The translations under genes and the position numbers were made by a program. From the NCBI GenBank assembly GCA_963666285.1, contig OY762711.1: a stretch of 64,000 nt of DNA; one strand, given 5' to 3'. The notes below the pieces were generated by a model. It did no database searches. It saw nothing but the letters and a program-made list of their open reading frames with translations, and had not been told where the DNA came from. Numbering within the stretch: position 1 is the stretch's first letter; each line of letters opens with the position of its first letter. Positions 61,850 to 64,000 of the stretch are shown here, in pieces. The stretch is from Sedimentisphaerales bacterium. Its GTDB lineage: Bacteria > Planctomycetota > Phycisphaerae > Sedimentisphaerales > SM23-30.

Positions 61850-63031
61850 TTATAGAAACATTTTTCTCTTTTGATAATTTTTCATCAGCCTGTCTTTGAG
61901 TTTATTTTCAGCGTCAAAAGATACCACTTCCTGAGAGACGGCAGCTAACAGCTCCACCAATGAGCTCATATCACTGATAGTAATTTTTTCAGGAGCTATT
62001 TTGTCAGTCCCCATATTATGATAATTACCAAGAGGCAGACAAACGGCACAAGTATGGTAGCCCATGAGTGCCATTAAGGTTGATTCGGTACTACCACCGG
62101 GCATAAGAGCCGCATTATAAGCAAAACCATCCCCTTTTTTGGCAAGTATCTTATTTGACCGAGAAGCTAATACATTATCAGCTACTCGACGCAGTACCAT
62201 CGTTAAGCCAGGTTCAAACATACTCATTTTATCACCGAGCCTGATAACAGCCCCCTTGCCAAGCGGTGCCGCAGGCTGTGCCTTTGAAGTTTCGATCCCA
62301 ATAATTGGGCAGTCCTTTTTGACAAGCCCGGATTTACATGCAGCTACGGCACCGACAAAACCAGTTTCTTCGGCGCGGGTAAGCAGCCCCATCGGCATTC
62401 GTTTTGCCCGCCTGCTTTTTAGCCGGCTAAGAGTAAGCAATACTGCAGCCGCCCCGCCCAGATCGTCAGCGGCCCGTAACGACAGATTATTATTATTTTG
62501 TTTCCAAACATTCAGATCCCACATGCCGAGAGTTCGGGCAGGCATCTCAACGGCCTTTTGAAGCCTGATCGAGCAAATAAGGAACCCGGTAGCTTTATCC
62601 TTAACGGCTGATTTAACGACACCTCTGACCGGTGCGATGCCAGTATCGGCAACAGGAATAAAAATCATTTTTGAGCCGGTAAAGTATTTTTTATCTACCC
62701 CGCCCCTAAACCATGCCTTAGCCGTTGTGCCCTTACACGCGATGAGTTCAAAGCCCGGATGGTCCATATGGGCCTGGAGTACCCATGGCGCCTTGGCGGA
62801 CACTTTGGCAGGATTGCTGTTTTTGCCGGAAGCAAGCCCAGATCCACTCCAAGAGCGAATCTGTTGTGGAGTGCCAATCAGCAAATTACCGACTTTATCT
62901 TCGATACAGTCAAAATTATTATTCTTTGACCAGTTTCTAACATAATCCTGGACCGCGAGCTCGCAAAAAGGAGCGGCCGGCAAACTTACTACTTCACGTA
63001 AAAGAGTAATCTCTTTTTCGGACAAAGCCAT
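61850..63031 (-). CDS. M20/M42-like metallopeptidase
   Basis: AHMDHPG, AADD, AEETG, IET and NYHN metal ligands. Confidence 0.8.
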   Translation of the reverse strand: MALSEKEITLLREVVSLPAAPFCELAVQDYVRNWSKNNNFDCIEDKVGNLLIGTPQQIRSWSGSGLASGKNSNPAKVSAKAPWVLQAHMDHPGFELIACKGTTAKAWFRGGVDKKYFTGSKMIFIPVADTGIAPVRGVVKSAVKDKATGFLICSIRLQKAVEMPARTLGMWDLNVWKQNNNNLSLRAADDLGGAAAVLLTLSRLKSRRAKRMPMGLLTRAEETGFVGAVAACKSGLVKKDCPIIGIETSKAQPAAPLGKGAVIRLGDKMSMFEPGLTMVLRRVADNVLASRSNKILAKKGDGFAYNAALMPGGSTESTLMALMGYHTCAVCLPLGNYHNMGTDKIAPEKITISDMSSLVELLAAVSQEVVSFDAENKLKDRLMKNYQKRKMFL

Positions 63032-63189
63032 AATCTTTACACCTCATATAAGAATCAATTGTGAACCGTTTACGTAAACAGCGTTAAGCCTGACTAATAT
63101 TTTTTATTGAAGTTTCGGCTTATCGCCATTAGAATTATTCGGCTGGAATAAACATAAAACATTAACTCATTATCAACAAAGGTTTAACC

Positions 63190-64000
63190 ATGACTGAATC
63201 AAATGTTATAATGAAAACTGAAATTGCCGGTTACGAGCCCAAACGAGGCAAAGTCCGTGACATCTATGACTTAGGTAACAAACTGCTGTTTGTAGCATCT
63301 GATCGCATAAGTGCTTTTGACGTTATCATGGCCAATGGAATCCCTGACAAAGGGAAGGTACTGGCAAAGATATCTCTTTTCTGGTTTGACTGGTTAAAAG
63401 ATACGGTAAAAAACCATTTAATCTCCGCAGATGTAAAGGATTACCCTGAACCGTTCTGCTTCTGTGAAAGCCAGCTGAAAGACCGCAGTATGCTGGTGAA
63501 AAAGACCAAAGTGCTGCCGGTTGAATGTATTGTCCGCGGTTATATAACCGGGTCCGGCTGGAAAGAATATGTCAAGAATGGCACCGTATGTGACATAAAA
63601 CTGCCTGAAGGACTCAAACAGTGCGATAAGCTGCCAGAGCCGCTGTTTACCCCATCTACCAAGGCTGAACAGGGTCTGCATGACGAGAATATCAGCCCGG
63701 AAAAGGCGGCAGATATTATAGGCAAAGAAGCGGCAGACTATGTAGCATCGAAGAGTATCGAGATCTACACCAAGGCGGCTGAATATGCCGCTGAACGTGG
63801 GATAATCCTGGCAGATACCAAGTTTGAATGGGGTTACGACGTCGACGATATCATCCTGATCGATGAAGTTCTGACACCGGATTCCAGTCGATTCTGGCCG
63901 GCAGATGATTACGAACCGGGCCGCGACCAGGACAGTTACGACAAGCAGTTTGTGCGTAATTACCTGGAAGAGATCAACTTCTGCAAACAGCCGCCTGGAC
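63190..64000 (+). CDS. purC: SAICAR synthase (partial, runs off the window)
   Basis: Manual translation gives [48 protein letters not shown] and SYDKQFVR. Confidence 0.95.
   Translation, partial: MTESNVIMKTEIAGYEPKRGKVRDIYDLGNKLLFVASDRISAFDVIMANGIPDKGKVLAKISLFWFDWLKDTVKNHLISADVKDYPEPFCFCESQLKDRSMLVKKTKVLPVECIVRGYITGSGWKEYVKNGTVCDIKLPEGLKQCDKLPEPLFTPSTKAEQGLHDENISPEKAADIIGKEAADYVASKSIEIYTKAAEYAAERGIILADTKFEWGYDVDDIILIDEVLTPDSSRFWPADDYEPGRDQDSYDKQFVRNYLEEINFCKQPPG

Overview
Bacterial chromosomal window, about 42% GC by eye. It is probably from an anaerobic Planctomycetota member (Phycisphaerae/Sedimentisphaerales-like), inferred from an LEPR-XLL-type N-terminal motif, a dockerin-like C-terminus and a class III RNR. 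The housekeeping backbone includes ilvE, dxs, tRNA-Gln-prs-rplY-pth-rpsF-ssb-rpsR-rplI-dnaB, valS and partial purC. Accessory blocks are: (1) a GT9 / radical SAM / CgeB-like glycosylation trio; (2) secreted PHP and GLUG-repeat proteins, the latter frameshifted; (3) a repeat-rich intergenic zone holding a complete IS110-family (IS1111-type) element; (4) a cobalamin riboswitch ahead of nrdD-nrdG-dcd-metE; (5) a tandem-clostripain protein, an M50 protease and a GH106; (6) an uncharacterised five-gene operon (two B12 radical SAM, two GNAT-like, one GH3 ligase) behind a sigma54-type promoter; (7) an intact ISL3, then an ECF sigma module and a MacAB-TolC-type exporter whose ATPase start lies in a 39-bp tandem array. 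For the IS1111-type element, the ends, circle-junction promoter, reconstructed target and bridge-RNA target guides can all be read from the sequence. That element and the radical SAM-GH3 operon are the strongest leads. All calls come from motif reading by eye; no database searches were run.
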